NCBI GenBank assembly: GCA_013239625.1
Contig: MU054001.1
Location: 4,752,167-4,816,166, forward strand
DNA from: Lama guanicoe
Lineage: Eukaryota
Direction: 5' to 3'
Length of the DNA: 64,000 nucleotides
Shown: positions 25,281 to 39,351 of the stretch, one piece after another
Layout: each line of letters starts with the position of its first letter
Position numbering within the stretch: position 1 is the first letter of the stretch
Notes under the pieces: generated by a model
What the model saw: the letters and a program-made list of their open reading frames with translations, nothing else
Databases searched by the model: none
Told to the model about the DNA's origin: nothing
Position numbers and translations under genes: made by a program

Positions 25281-26115
25281 GGCCCTGCCCGCCTCACGAC
25301 CTCCTCTTCCCCCTCCTCCTGCTCACCCTGCTCTAACCACACAGGACTATTTCCTCTCCTTGGGCACTCTGAGCAGCTGCGTCCTCTTTGTGGAATGTGC
25401 ATTATTTCAACTTTTCCTCTCCAAATTTATAAAGTAAGTATACTGTTCCTATTTGACAGATTAGGAAACTGAGACTAGGAGACATTCAACTGTGTATTAG
25501 GGCTTTCATGGCTGGGAAGGGGCACAGCCTGGAGTTACCTCCAGCCACTTAACTCTAACTGTGCACCCTTCTCTGCTTCCTAGCTGTTTTCTTCACATGC
25601 ACAAATTTGAGGAAAAGTCGAGGAACGGTTTCCAGGAGGAGGATAGCACACGGGTAAAGGCTGTGCGTGATTGACAGGTTCTCCCAAAAGGACCTGTTCT
25701 GCATTCTGGGCAGAGAGAGTCGGGGAGGGCAGGAGACATTGGGGAGGCTCCTGGGGGCGTGAAGTAAGGAGGGCTGAGCTATATTTGGGCTCATGAGGGT
25801 TGGGGGAAGGGGGCTGTGATCGCAGAATATTTGAGCTCTTTCTGATTGAGGGCTGAGTGAGACCTTGGCCAGAGGATTGTCATTGTGAAGCCTTTGTTAA
25901 ATGCTGGGAAGCAATAGTAATAGAATCTCTTAGCATCACAGTGCTTTCTTAGAACTGTAGACATACGGGTTTATGGAATCACAGCATCCCAGACTCTGTA
26001 GAGCTCTAGGATCATAAAGCTGGGGGACCTCCTACTTGCCTGGTGTGTAAGAGAGCCGCTCACGCGCGTGAGCACAACACAGGCTCACACGCAGCAAGCT
26101 AGGGCGTTCTGTAGA

Positions 26116-26432
26116 GCTGGCCGTCCAAGGGAAATAAGACACAAGCTACGAGTGTATATTTTAAACGCTACTAACCATGCTGAAAAAAAGGAAAAGGAAA
26201 CGGATGGAGTAAAATATTTTTAGTTAATACAATATATCCAAAATATTACGATTGTACCATAAAGTCATCTTAAAAAGTTATCAGTGAGAATGTTCTATGC
26301 TCTTTTTTTCATACTAGCCTTCAGAATCTGGTGTCTGTTTTGCACTGACAGCACGTCTCAGTGTGGACCAGCCACACTGCAAGTGCTCAGTAGCCACGAG
26401 TGGCCAGTGGCTGCCATAGCGGACAGGGCAGC
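26116..26432. mobile_element. MER33 hAT-Charlie MITE
   Basis: caatatatccaaaatatta…ttttttcatactag…agccacactgcaagtgctcagtagccacgagtggccagtggctgccatagcggacagggcag, with ctag-type flanks. Confidence 0.8.
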
Positions 26433-28739
26433 TCTAGGTAGGAGAGCCCAGCATTCCTGGAGGATGTGCACGTGAGGTCTAGGCTGGGGGCGCATGAGGG
26501 AGCAGGGAGTGACTGGCTCTGGGGGCCCTTAACCTTCCTTTGAAGTTTGGGAACAGGCATTCGCAACTTGGAGCACTCCAGCCATCTTGCCAGCTGCTCC
26601 TGTTCATCACGGCAGCTCCAGGGGTGGTGCTCAGAGCATTCTTTCCCTGCCCAGAAGGAGCTCTGAGGTGGTCAGATGGAGCTTGAGGCCCGGGCAGGCC
26701 CAGCAGGGGAGAGAGGAGCCACATGGCCGAAGCTCCTGCCTTCATTCCTGCTTCTAGCCCTTGGAGGAACAGAATGCCGGGCAGTGCCTCCTGGCTTGGG
26801 GCCCCCACCTGCCAGTTCCCAGGGGGTGCAGATGGCGGGGGAGGGGGCATACAGCTCTGTGCCTGAAGTCCCCCTCCGTCCCGCCATCATCCGAGGCTGC
26901 CTTCCCAGGCTGATGCTGTGAAAGTGATTCTCCATCTCTCCTCCTGCAGCCACGGGGAGATAAAAGCCAGGGCTGTGGGGATGGTAAAGAGGGAGCCAAA
27001 TTATATTTATAATATTAAAGTGAGTGCATTTGTGCTTGCTGTTCTCCAGGGTTTTTCATAAGTAGAAAAACACAAATTAGCATTTTCCATTTCCATATAT
27101 TGACTAGAAAAATCGCCTGCTCTCAATTAAGACCTATAGCTTTTGGGATGTATGCAACAATTTTATAAAATATTTACAGCGAGATTTGCATTTTCCATGG
27201 TGTTACAGTTTTTCTTGTGTTTAGGAGAAAGAGCCGAGGCCTGTGAGAGGAAATCCATTCTCTGGAATCGAGGGGAAAGAAAGCTGCGGGCTGTTTTTCT
27301 TGCCTTCTCTACGTTTCTGATGTTGTCTCTAGTAATTACCTAAGGCTGATCCACCCATGAGCTACTTGCTAGTCTGTTCTCAAAGCCAGCACTCCTTTGA
27401 CAAATCTATTACTTTCCCTTTAAAACTTGCCGAAATGGAGCTGTTTGTGGCTTTGTGAGAAGAGATGGAGAAGGAGAACGTATTTTTCCCCCTCGAATGT
27501 AAAAGCATGCCGTAAAGAACATAGCTATTTCCTGGATAATTTGCAGTTGTATATTTTATGTTAATTTCGCCGAAAATACTGCACCCCTGCCAGGTTTAGT
27601 AGCGGCTCACTGTGATATGAATAATTTCTAGTGAATCATTTTTTTTTTCATCATTTAAGATTTGGCACCTTTTTAAGATTTTAATAATAGCAACAAGGAG
27701 GAAGATTTAGAACAAGTGAAACATTAGTGCCAAAGAAATTCACGTTGAGCGCTAATGTAAAATAGCAAGAATAATTACGTGGAAAGCAGTTTCCACAGAT
27801 GTTTTTCCTTGTAATGTAATAACTATTTACTAAACTGTTTATTTTAGGCCTTTGGTTTATAATAAAATATTTATATGTTCTCTGCTGTAATAAAAAATAA
27901 TATTGACAAAATACTATAGAGGCTTACAAAGACAATTGATATGTTTATTTCCCAGGAAGTGAGTGCAGTATAAAAGTTTGGTGCTATTTTCGGTGGACGT
28001 GTCAAGATTAGCGAGACTGAGTTTGGTGTTTCAGTTCATTCTCCAATTTACTGGTTGAGAACTGAATGGATGCACAAATTAATATTTTGTCAGCCTATTG
28101 TTGGGTAGGGATGTTGATAAATACTGCATTTTTTAAATAGAATTCTTGGCTGGGAATCTTGCCAGTGGAGTGCTAAATATGAGGGTTGGTGCTCTCCGTG
28201 TAAATCAGATGGGCTATAGGGGTCTGGGCCTGGGAGGGTATAGAGATGCTATGGAGTGCTTTAGCAGAATGCAGATGCAGGCAGGATTCGGGGCTGTTGG
28301 GAGGTTGGTTAGTCTGAGGTTTATAAAGATTTGACCTTGATTCGCACTTTCTGTCTGCAGCCAGTGAGGTGTCGGTTTGCCCTCTGCGAGCCCCCATCTG
28401 GAGCTTGGGCGGCTGGGAAACCCTAGCAGCCTGAGTCCTTCTTTTGTATAGTCCTCATTTGGGAGAAAAACAAGCAGCAGGAGACACAGGAGAGAGCCCC
28501 CCATCCCCACCCCACCATCACTCCCTGCCCTCCAGCTGGCACCGTGGTGGGACGCTTCCTGTCAGGGTCTCTGAAAATGGCCCGAGCCTGGCCTGCATGC
28601 TTGGAGCAGCTGACCGAGGTCCAGTTCTATAATAACCAGCCTGATTCTGCCTTCCTCGCTCTCCTGAGACTTCTGAGTTGACAGCCCGATCAGAGGGTTT
28701 GTCTCTGACCCTGGGTGTTGGTTTCTGTGGATCTGATCT

Positions 28740-29018
28740 GTTGCTGTGGAGAGAGTGTGTGTAGTTTGTATTTATCTGTGTCTCTGCATTTGCATGCCTG
28801 TGGGTATATTGCTTTTTGCTGAGCCTTCTGTTTATATGTTTAGGTGTCTTTGGCATGTGTGTGTTTTGGGGTCAATGTACTTGATGTTTGTGGGTTTGTT
28901 TCTGTGTTTCGGGTTTGGGTATGTTTGTGGCCTTGTGTATTTGATTCTATGTATTTGCACCTATGGGGTTGTTTCTCTGTGTTTTGTTGTGTTTCGTGTG
29001 TGTATATGTCTGTATTTC

Positions 29019-29057
<39 letters not shown>

Positions 29058-29166
29058 CTGAGTGTGAGTGATAGGCAGCCCCCTCTGCTGTGTGCCTGTG
29101 TGTTTCTGAGTCTGTGAGCGTGTGTGTGTGTGTGTATGAGAGACAGACAGACAGACAGACAGACAA
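28740..29166. repeat. TG-rich low-complexity tract with (TG)n and (GACA)n microsatellites
   Basis: Degenerate tgtg/tgtt tract, pure (TG)n at ~29024-29055 and ~29118-29135, and (GACA)n at ~29141-29166. Confidence 0.9.
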
Positions 29167-31039
29167 GCATCTCTCTGTTGAGGAACCAGCTCCTTCCTTG
29201 GGAGAGGCCTGGGGGCTTCCCAGCACAGAGATTGCTGGCTGGGCTAGTCCAGGTGTGTGGCCATTTCTTTGCACCAAACTTTCTGATGAAGGGGAGGGGA
29301 GAGGAAGCAGGGAAGAGGTTCCAAAGGGAAGGGAAGTGTGGAAATTTTAATAAAGAGAGAGACAACTGGACCCCGGTCTCAGAACACCCAGAGCAATCTG
29401 CAAAAGGAAGTCTGCTGCTTTTGGTTCTTAATCCAGAAAATGTCCTTTTTTCATGTTGGGGGAGGTGAGTACCAGAGCCTCTGCCTGGAGGCCCTACCCC
29501 TCAACTGAGGGGCAGGCAGCTGGAGGAGGGGGGTTTTCAAGGACTTACCTTGCGCTGCTAAGTGATTTTTTAGGGGTGCTCTCTTCTGGCTTGACCCATC
29601 CCCGGTAACCTAGGACATTTCATGCTGATCTCCTGCAGTGGAGCAGGGAGCTGCCCCTGGGGACCCCTCGGGAGCTGTGGGAGGCCCTCCTCAACTGGGT
29701 CCAGTGATGAGCTCACCACCCCTCCACCAGGGATCCTGGAGAGCATTGCGGATAGAAATTGCTGCCGTCTGAGCCTCTGGCAAAGTTCTTGATCTCCGCA
29801 TTGATAGGAAGTGACTTTTTTTCCCTTATGCTTTGCTAAATAATCTCCACCCCTTTTGCAAAGGAAGTGGCCTTCTTCTAGGTGCCACACTGGCAGCCTT
29901 GGTCTCAGGGCTCCTTGGAGATCTAAGACCCTCTCCTGAACTAGGCATGTGAGCTAGGGCTTTGTTTTAGTTTTTCCACTTGACAGAGGGAGAAATGGAA
30001 GCGCAGAGGGACCAGGGACTTGGTTGAGAACAGAGGCAGAGCAGAGTTTGGGAGCCGACCTGTGGAAGGTGCTACAGCCCCTCCAGAAGTGTCTCCAGCT
30101 GGGGTTCTAGGAGGCAGATCCCGCAGGGCTCCCCGCAGACCTGAGGAACAGGCTTCCCCAACAACTTCCTGGGGTGGGGGCTGCTCATGGTAGAGCTTTT
30201 GTTCTGCTGTGTGCGGATGAGTCTGGGGTCAGAAGTGGGTTGCTGGGGACAGTATCTGGTATCTGAGAGCGCGCAGTCGCCACCAGGGGTCCCCCTTCTT
30301 CTCGCTCCCGCGCTGCAACCTTCCCCTCTCCTCTGAATACATCTTGGGTATTTAAAAGATACTGGTTTGGGTTGAGGAAAATGATTAATTGGGTTGGGGA
30401 AATGATTGGCTTAGATGACCGACATCATCCCTCACGAGCTGTGTCTACTCTGATACCTGGCTAACCTTCTCTATCTTCTCATCTGTTTTTCGAACATCAG
30501 TGGGAAATTGGGCGTATGAATTGGGAAATCGAGGAGTTAGGATCGATCTGTTATAAGGTGATCTGAAATGAGCAAGGAGGGGTAGAGGGGGGTGGAGGGG
30601 ATGGCCCTGGGTGTGGGTGGGCTCTGGCTGGGTGGGGGGGGGTCACACACCTTTGCTGAGTGGGTCTGAACTTCTCGCGAGCTTTGTCTTTTGTCTAACC
30701 ATTTTCTGATCGCACATGGCCGGCTCCTGGTCAGTGTGGGTCACCGTGATAAGCTTTGCAGCAATAAGCTGGCACGTAGGACTGTTTATTTATGATTTGG
30801 TTCGAGGGGCTCACGGGCTGGGTCAGGGGAAAACAATTCACTCTGCAAGTGACTTCTGCCAAAGAATTCTGTCTCTGTTTTTCTAAAGGGAGCCTGCCTC
30901 AAGACGGCTCGGGCAGAGCAGGCCCCAAACTGCATTTGAGTGTTTTCTTTGTTGAGCAGACAATGATACTGTGGTGGTGGTGATTATTTATTTTGCAAAT
31001 TGGTAGTGTTCCTTATCATTTCAGGCGAGTCGCCCCTCT

Positions 31040-31790
31040 CTTTGTTAAAAAAAAAAAAGAAATTTAAGTTAAGTAATAAATTCTCCTTACAAGAAAACAA
31101 AATGTTGATAAATAGAATGAAGAGAGAGAAATCATCCTTCATCTCACCTCCCGGGGGAAACTGCTGTTCCCAAGTTGGTGTTTACCTTTCCTGACTCCAT
31201 GTGTTTGTACACAGGTAAACACAGTTTTAAAAAACATATTGAGGTTTGAGATTTATACAGAGAAATACACATCAATAAACACGTAATGACGTGTTGCTGG
31301 TGTAGAACTTACCATACAGAAACGCTCGTGTGTCATAAGCATCCAGCTTGCTGCATTTTCCCAGGCTGAACCCGCCAGTGCACACAGCACTGGATCATGA
31401 CACAGCGTCACCTACACCCCAGAAGCCCACCTCCTGCCCTCTTGTCGTCCCACTGCCAGAGTAACCATGATCCTGCCTTCTGACAGCAATGATAGTGGTG
31501 CCTGTTTTTGTTCCTTTATACAAATGGAATCACTGCGTACTCTTTTGTACACCTGTGTTTAGTTTTAAATGGATTTATAACGTCCATGCTATTTTGTAAC
31601 CGTTTGCCCCAACCACACGGTGATAATGCCCCATGTCAGCACACACACCTCTACACCGTCATTTTTAGTGGCTGCTTGGTGTTCCGTTCTCAGAAGCGCC
31701 ATGGTTTAAATTCCCGGTTGGAGCTGTTAGCCTTTTGCTATTATAAACAACTTCCAGTGAACATCCGGGCTAGATGGGTGACTTTTGCCT
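31040..31790 (-). mobile_element. Ancient L1ME-type fragments (nested 3' ends)
   Basis: acctacaccccagaagcccacctc…agagtaaccatgatcctgccttctgacagcaat…tatacaaatggaatcactgcgtactc…ttttgctattataaacaac. Confidence 0.65.
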
Positions 31791-33904
31791 GCTCCTCTGG
31801 GGACAGGGTGGCCAGAATGGCTGGGGAGAGGGGGGCCCTCGTTGGGCCCGGCTGGAGGAGCCCAGGTTGTCGAGTGGAAGATGCTGGCATCGCTTCAGTT
31901 TGCCAGCTGGACCTCATCAAGTGCGGGTGTTAATTACTGGGAGGCCCCTGGTTCTGTGAGCAGGCGGGGGACGCTGGGGCTAACGCGCGAAACAGGGTCA
32001 CCTTGAAACAGACGCTTCCAGGGGAAGCGAAACGAAGGAGAAGACCATGGGGAAGTGCAGGGCTGGGCACCGGTTTCCCAGCAGTCTCCTCTGAGTCACC
32101 CCAGTGCCCTGGAGCCCCTGTCTGGGATGTGCATAAGGTCCCTCTGGCCCCAAGGAGCAATATACGTTCTTTGTCCCTGGCTTTAATTGGGGTGAACCAG
32201 GAGCAAGAATACCCATCTCTGTGCCTTGCCCCTTTCCAGAAGCCCCTTGGACTCTGAGGCATCTGGCCATCCCTGCATGTTCTGGGAAGGTGGCCTAAGT
32301 TGAGCACCGTGGCTCAGGATAGATTGGGGTTGAGAAGGGGGGACCACCTGGCAGTGCCAAACGGGAGCCCAGCTGTGCAAGCGTGCCCTGGTCAGGAGGC
32401 GCCGCCCTGTGGCCCCAGCCAGGTGAGCTCAGGGCTGCAGGCACAGCATGGCCAGGTTGGAGGAGAATTAGGTTATTGCATTTCCTCTGTAATTCTTCAT
32501 CAGGGCTGCCGCCTGGATCTGTTGCAGGAAAATCAATGCTTTCTGACTCTATAATTTCCCAGGTTGCCTTACTCCAAGTACATTGTGCAGGGAAAGGTGA
32601 CATCTCTGGTCATGTCTGTACGGACCAAATGTGCATGTGTGTGTGCGCACGCGCTCGCGTGTGTGTATACATACACACAATCCCTTCCCTCCCTTTCCCC
32701 CTCATCCCTGCCCTGTCTCCACCTCCCAGCACAAGATTCACTGGAATTTCACAACCTTTGCATGCTTTTGTGAAAATACTCATTTGTGTTTGCGCCAGGC
32801 CGCTAATGGCGGACGCCCAGGTCTGCAGAGCTTACCTCTGCTCAGCTCTGGTTATGGCGAGGAATGTGCCGTTAATAATGCATCTATGGAACTCAGCTGT
32901 GTGGGAGCCAAGTAATTATCCCACTGTAGCGTTCCCGGCTTCAGTGTCATCACAACTGGGGCTTCATTAAAAGTCCTACCAGAGACGGTGTTGTGTGCTG
33001 CAGCCTGTATATATATTTTTTCATTTAAATTATCAGCCTTGCTATGGCTCAGAGGTAATTTGACTTTTTGAAACCACTGAGCCCCTGTGAATTCCCCTCC
33101 CCTTCTCCCTCTCGCTGCTCTACCAGCTGATCAGCCCCAGAAGAACAAAAGGTTTATCTGAAGCTATGAAGCATATATTCACCAGCTTCTGGCGTCTAGA
33201 TAAAAAAAAAAATCAAAGTACTCCATTGAACATGTTAATACTGAGCAAAATGCACACAGCTAGACACTAAACCTTTACAGGGATTTGGGCATTTGAAAAG
33301 TGATACCCAGATCAGGTCTGGAGCTATGTTTCTTAGCCCAGAGAAGAGCAAGCAGCAAAGGAGGAAGAAAGAATGTTTATAAACAAATATTAAAGGCAGC
33401 CAACGAACTGCGTCAGAGTTCCCCACCTTTCTTCTTATCTCTTTGTCTGATTTTGGTTGGGTGGACAGCCAGAAGCCTGGAGAATGGTGCATCCCAGGGA
33501 GATGGGGTTCCCCCTTTGCTCTGGACTTCGAGCTGCTGAAAACGAGAATGTCAAGTGGGAAGAGGGCTTGCGGTGACTCTCGGTAGAAATGCTGAGAATT
33601 GGGATGGTGGGCCTCTTTGTTCCTCCTGATTCTCTGTGATCTCTTCAGCTTTGGGCAGAGGAGGGCTAGGGAGAGCCTCAGAAAGGGGCACCATCCAAGC
33701 ACACTGCCACTCTGAGCCGTCCCTTCTTGGAGCCACCTGGAAGTCTCACATTTTCCAGACCCTTCCATTTCTCATGGAGAGCAGCCACCAAGTAAGACTG
33801 GCAGGAGCTGTCAAGTTCCGTGAGTGAATCATTCATCACAGAGAGCAGATCGGCGCTTGATTGGCAATGTCTGCCACACACGGTGAGGCAACACCTTCCC
33901 TGCC

Positions 33905-34248
33905 CCATCGGCCCTCCTTATCCACGGGTTCCATACCCACAGGTTCCACATCCACGGATCAAAAACACTCTGAAATAATTCCATTAAGTTCCAACAGGCA
34001 AAACTTGAATTTGCCATGCACTGCCAACTATTTATGTAGCATTTACGTTGTATTTACAACTATTTACATAGCATTACATTCTGTTAGGTATTATGAGTAA
34101 TCTAGAGGTGATTTAAAGTGTAAGGGAGGATGTGTGCAGGTTATATGGAAATACTATGGTATTTTATATAAGGGACTTGAACATCAGCAGATTTTTGTAT
34201 CTTCAAGGTTCCTGGGACCTATCCCCCACGATACCAAGGAATGACTAT
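33905..34248 (-). mobile_element. MER2/MER2B TcMar-Tigger DNA transposon
   Basis: gccctccttatccacgggttcc…aaacttgaatttgcc…taatctagaggtgatttaaagt…gggaggatgtgtgcaggttatatg…tatataagggacttgaacatc…tcccccacgataccaaggaatgact. Confidence 0.85.
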
Positions 34249-36869
34249 ACTTGTCTATCAAAAACACTTAGTGAACTCCTGTACTCCACTCTGGATCAAG
34301 GAAGTTATTGGAAAGGTGTAAAATTCATTTCTGCCTCCTAGAAGCTTTCAACATATTTTGGAGGCAGGCATAGCTACAGAAAACATCTCATGTTATAAGC
34401 AATTTATAATTAAATGCTACAGTACACGTTTTCATCAGGAAAGAGAATATGGAGAACGGAGTGGTCCAAAAAGACATCCAGAAGGCACATTTGGGCACTG
34501 ATGCTACCAGCTTGGGTGGGGTTTAACCTACTCATGAAGCCATGAGATGGGTGTAGCCCAATTTGCAGCAGCTCTTAGGGAAAGGGAAAAGAACCCCATT
34601 TTAACTTTTTGTGTCCCTCCTGGGATGGTAAGGGACTTCTGTCCTTTGGGGATAGGCTTAGTCTCTGTGTGTGCAGGATTGAAACTGGCTGCCACCCATC
34701 TGGGCAGAAGCCAGATGTGCTCAGGGTAGGAAGATATTCATCCCTGTGCACCGAGTACATCACGCAGGATCCCCATGGCCTTCTGATAACTGGCCCCCTT
34801 TGGTTTCGAAAGTTGACCTCAGACACAACATCTTGAGGCTGCCCTCTTGTCACAGGGAAGACCCACAAGATCTTAGACTTTGCCTCAGCCTTGGAGTCTA
34901 TTTCTTTTCATGCCTTCTAGTCTTTATCTGCTAACTCCTTGTGCCAGGCTTTGCACTGAGTGCTGGGGACCCTGAACCAAGGCAGACAGAGCCCCCCACT
35001 CTAAAGGAATTTCCAATCCAATGGGAGAGGTAGATACATGTGTGTGCAAATTCCTAAATAGTATGAGTGGGTTGGGGAATGATTTGCCTCTCCTGGTTAT
35101 ATGTGGGTGGGGTAGATACATGAGGATAGAGAGTGCTCAGGGGAAGCTTGAAAATAGAGGGGCATTTGAGCTGGGCCTCTGAAGGATGAGTAGGAGTTTA
35201 CTAGAGGGACTAGAGGAAGATAATTCCAGGTTGTGGGCATAACAAAAGCTCAGAGGCATTAAAGAGAGCATGATGCTCTTTGAAACTTTTTTTCCAGGGT
35301 TACCAGTGATTCTTGGTTGTGGAAGTTGGTGACTTTTGCAGTCCTATCAGGCCACTGGACCCTGTTGGCACATCCTGGGCCTGGTCCTTATGCATTTCTG
35401 ACTACCCCCAAACCTATAGTCCCTAGCCTTGGCTTCCTACTCTTTCACGTTCCACCCTCACTGCCTGCTGACCATCCAGCTCAACATGCCTGAAAATGTC
35501 CTCCCCACCTAGTGTCAGAGTCTCTTATCTCAGTCCTCTGCCTCAGCCGCAGCAGCTCCTGCATCAACTCCTTCCACTCGTCCCTGCGACCCCTACTCAC
35601 ACAGTTGTTGGACCCCCAGTGCTTGTAAGCTGGCCAGCCAGGCTTCCACCCCAGTCCAGGTCTGCAGTGCCTCAGGCTCTGTTTGCCAAAGAGGCTGCGT
35701 CTTGGATGCCTCACACATTTGCCAGACCCGAGGCCAGCAGCCCTCCGTTCTTTGATTTTGTTTGTCTAAAGCTGGAGACTGTTTCCAGGGCCTGGCTGTC
35801 ATGGTCGGGGTCTGGGGAGCCCTGTGGGGGAGGGGCGTTCAGACTTAAAGGAACACATTGGAGACTGAAGATTGTCTCCCGAGACATGCACACACTTGGA
35901 GTTAGCCACCCAGGTCAGAAGCCTCTTCTTATTTCTGGGAAAACAGGTCTTTGTCTCCGTTGGGAATCATGAGTTCACACTTGTGCAAACCATTTTGGAA
36001 TCATTTTGGCGTTGAAGCCTCGACAAGGGCCACTTGTCCCCATCAAAGCCGAAGAGGCTGTGCCTGGCGATGCGACACCCACCAGGAACGAGGTCGCCCC
36101 TCCTCCTGGGCAGCTGGGGCTGGAGTTTCAGAAAACAAAATGCCTCACTGCTGTCCTCACTGGCAACGACTCGGGGCAAGCAGGAAAAAAATCAGCTGTG
36201 CCTGTTTCGGCATCTGGGGACCAACTCAGAGGTCCTAGGTCCTGGTTCTCCCTGGTCCGGAGCTGGAAAGAAAGAGGCAGAAGAAGTGTTTGAATACTGT
36301 GCTGTGAAGGGAACAGTCCTGCAGCGAGGCAGTTGTGATATTAGAGCAGGCCTCCTAAGAGATCCCCTGGCTCTGAGCTGTGATCCACACACCACATTCG
36401 CAGACAGCTGGTCGCCCAGCGTGGGCTGCGCCTGCCGCTCGGAGCTGGCACACTGGCGGGGACCAGGTAATGCTCTAATTTCCCTCGTGCAGATGCGGCC
36501 AGGAATATCTTAATTTATTGGTGTGCTGGCATGCAAGAGGGAATGCTGCCGGTGCAGCCTTGCATAACTATTAGCAAAAAATGGAGCTGATAGGGGCTTG
36601 ACTTTTCCTAAAGTGGGTTTGAAATAATCATCGCCTTTTGTTGTGTTTGGAAGGGCTTGAACAATTCTTAATTATTTAATTATAGATATGCAAGTAATAC
36701 ACTGGGAATGGCCCTGCCATTCCAGGGATACTGAGCAGAGGAAAATGTTTAGTTACCGGAGGGGGAAAAAAAGAAGGTGGTAATTAAATCAAAGTGTCGT
36801 TCGTATCATGCCACGCTACTCTGTCTGTGATGCAGGCTGGACGAGGTCTGCTGGGCCTCACTGTGGAAA

Positions 36870-37075
36870 TTCTTGCATAATAATAGTAACTTCCATGGCA
36901 TCGCCACTTTCCTCCTGGCGAGGACTGCAGAGTTAGCAAAGCTCTTTCTTCTTCATTTGCTTGTGTGGTGCCGGGTTAGGGCTCTGAGAGGCAGGTGCTA
37001 TTGTTCCCATTTCACAGATGAGGAAATGGAGTCTTGGGGACTTGCTCAAGGTCTCACTTCACTCTGGGCTTGAAG
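36870..37075 (-). mobile_element. MIR SINE
   Basis: ctattgttcccatttcacagatgaggaaatggag…gacttgctcaaggtctcac. Confidence 0.7.
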
Positions 37076-38039
37076 CCACAACTTGTGTGTTTCAGACACG
37101 ACAGCGGCCTGCTTTTCCTACCCTGTCACTGGAAGAGGCTGAGCCTATGAGTGCATGATGGCTTTTCTCTCTCCAAGCATCCCGGACCAGCCTCGACAAC
37201 TTTGGTGATTGTGTGTCTGACTCCACAGTTGCATCTCTTGACAGACACCTTGTAATTATCCCATATAAGCACTCATTGTATTCATATCATTAATTTTGTT
37301 TGGGCTATTACATTTGATAGATACATTAAGCATTATATAGTTCTCTTTATACGTGAAATTGAACTGCCTTTGAACAGTCAGCCGGCTAATTGCCGGTAAT
37401 TTGTGTTGCTAACGAGAGGCAGAATAGTGGTATAACATTAGACTCAACAGTCAGTTAACAAATTTGCCGATTCAGATTGCAAAGCATGCCCTCTGTGGAA
37501 AGGCAGGCTGCATCTCACACGTGAATAGATTTTTAAAATCGCACACAACTAAAACCCGCCACCAACAAATTCTTACCCCGCTGCCGCCCCCGACTGCGCA
37601 GACCTGCCTGGCTGTTCAGGGGCGATGGGGTGATAGTGGATGCGTCGGTCTGAAAGATGTGGGATTTCGGGGGGACCTGGGAATGGGAGTGAAGGTTCTG
37701 GCTTCTCCTCTGTGGGGCTGAGAGGCTGAGTTCCTGCCTACATCCTGAGTGATCTCCACCTCACCCTCATCTGTGGTCTGGGGGCACCCATGGCTCTGTC
37801 TTTTTGATCATAATTAGATTGTTTCTAATGGCACCGGCTTTTCCTTTTGGGCCTTGTTACCCTGCGGGGGTCTTGCAAGGGGGCTGGGTTGAGGGTATTT
37901 TCAAGTCCCTTCTGCTGCGGTCAAAGGTAACTTGGTAAAGGAGGTGGGGCGGTGATAGCTAGAGTGTGTGAGCCCCACACAGAGGAGTCTGGGAGGATGC
38001 GCTCCACACATGAAGTGACGGAAGGAGCAGGGGCAAGGG

Positions 38040-38262
38040 GCCTCCTTCCCTCTGGAACCACGTCTCCCCAGATTCACATGTCGAAGCCCCAACCCCCAGT
38101 TCGGCCACTGGTGAGCCAAGGAGACAGGCCTCAGAAGAAACCAACCCTGCTGACATCTTGATCTTGGACTTCTAGTTTCCAAAGTGTGAAGAAAATTAGC
38201 TTCTGTAGTTTAAGCCACCCCGTCCATCATATTTCGTCATGGCCGCCCGAGCAGGTGGATAC
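38040..38262 (+). mobile_element. MaLR LTR (MLT1A/B-like), internally deleted
   Basis: attcacatgtcgaagccccaacccccagt…aggcctcagaagaaaccaaccctgctgacatcttgatcttggacttctag…tgtagtttaagccaccc. Confidence 0.8.
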
Positions 38263-39101
38263 GGATAATCCCAGCAGTTCGATCAGAGTGGGTTGGGAAC
38301 AGTGTCGTACGGATGTATTAGAAAGTCCCTGAAAACCAAAAGTCAGCAGCCCCCATCAAGTTTGAGAAATACAGGTTTAAGACAGAGAAAAGGCTGGCCT
38401 ACGCTTGTGCAGTGGACTGTGGCCACTCAGAGTTTAGTCCCTGGTAGAGGCCTGAGTCCTAATCCAGTACTGCCGGGCCTGGTTCTGCACCCCCCTGCTA
38501 GTTACTAACGGGTCCAGGAGCTGCTGGGGAGGGGTCTTCTTTATTACCTGAATCGGGCTGCGCGGAGGCCTCCTGCCCTTTGCACCAGCCGTCTGCAGCC
38601 CCCGTTTCCGTGGGGGGAGGTTTGCGTTCCTGTGTCTTACTTCCCTGGGCCTGTGGCTGTGGCCACCTGCAAACCAGCCTCTAAGAAAGGGACGTCTAAG
38701 CCCGTAAAACAATGTGTGTGGTCATCGGAGGTCATTCCAGCATATTTCTAGGCCTGGTGTCTGCTCAGTGAACAAGCCAGTCTGTGATGGACACGGTGTC
38801 CTTAGCCCCTCCGGCTCTAACTTCCACTGGTCTGTTACTCCAGTCCATCATTTAAAAGAATTTAATTTTCCTTTAGCTTAGAAAGCAAAGTAGCAGAAAT
38901 CATTTGGAGTCTCAACTTCTGGGCAAATCGTTGCTGTTCCCGGGTCACTGTGCTTGACCGTACAGGGAGCCTAACGTGATCAATACATGTTATTGACTGT
39001 GCCTTGGTGCCGTGCCGCTCTCTGCCAGCCACCTTGGTGCTCCTGGGTGTAGACTTGGTGCAACCCCTAGTTCCTTACTCTCTGGGTAGGTGAGCTTGAT
39101 G

Positions 39102-39102
<1 letters not shown>

Positions 39103-39140
<38 letters not shown>
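39103..39140. repeat. (TG)n microsatellite
   Basis: Pure gt dinucleotide run. Confidence 0.95.
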
Positions 39141-39143
<3 letters not shown>

Positions 39144-39351
39144 TGTATATAACAGCATATGAGCACATTTGCAAGTAATACATTTGTAAAGACAATTTTG
39201 TCATTAGAACACAATTGTTAGGTTTAATGTTTCTGCGCCTAAATGTATTTGCAAATAATTTTGGCCCACTGACATTTCATACAGAACAGAAATGGTGCTG
39301 CCATTGTGACTTTTCCCCCTGATTTATGTAATTTGCTAACCACAAGATATT

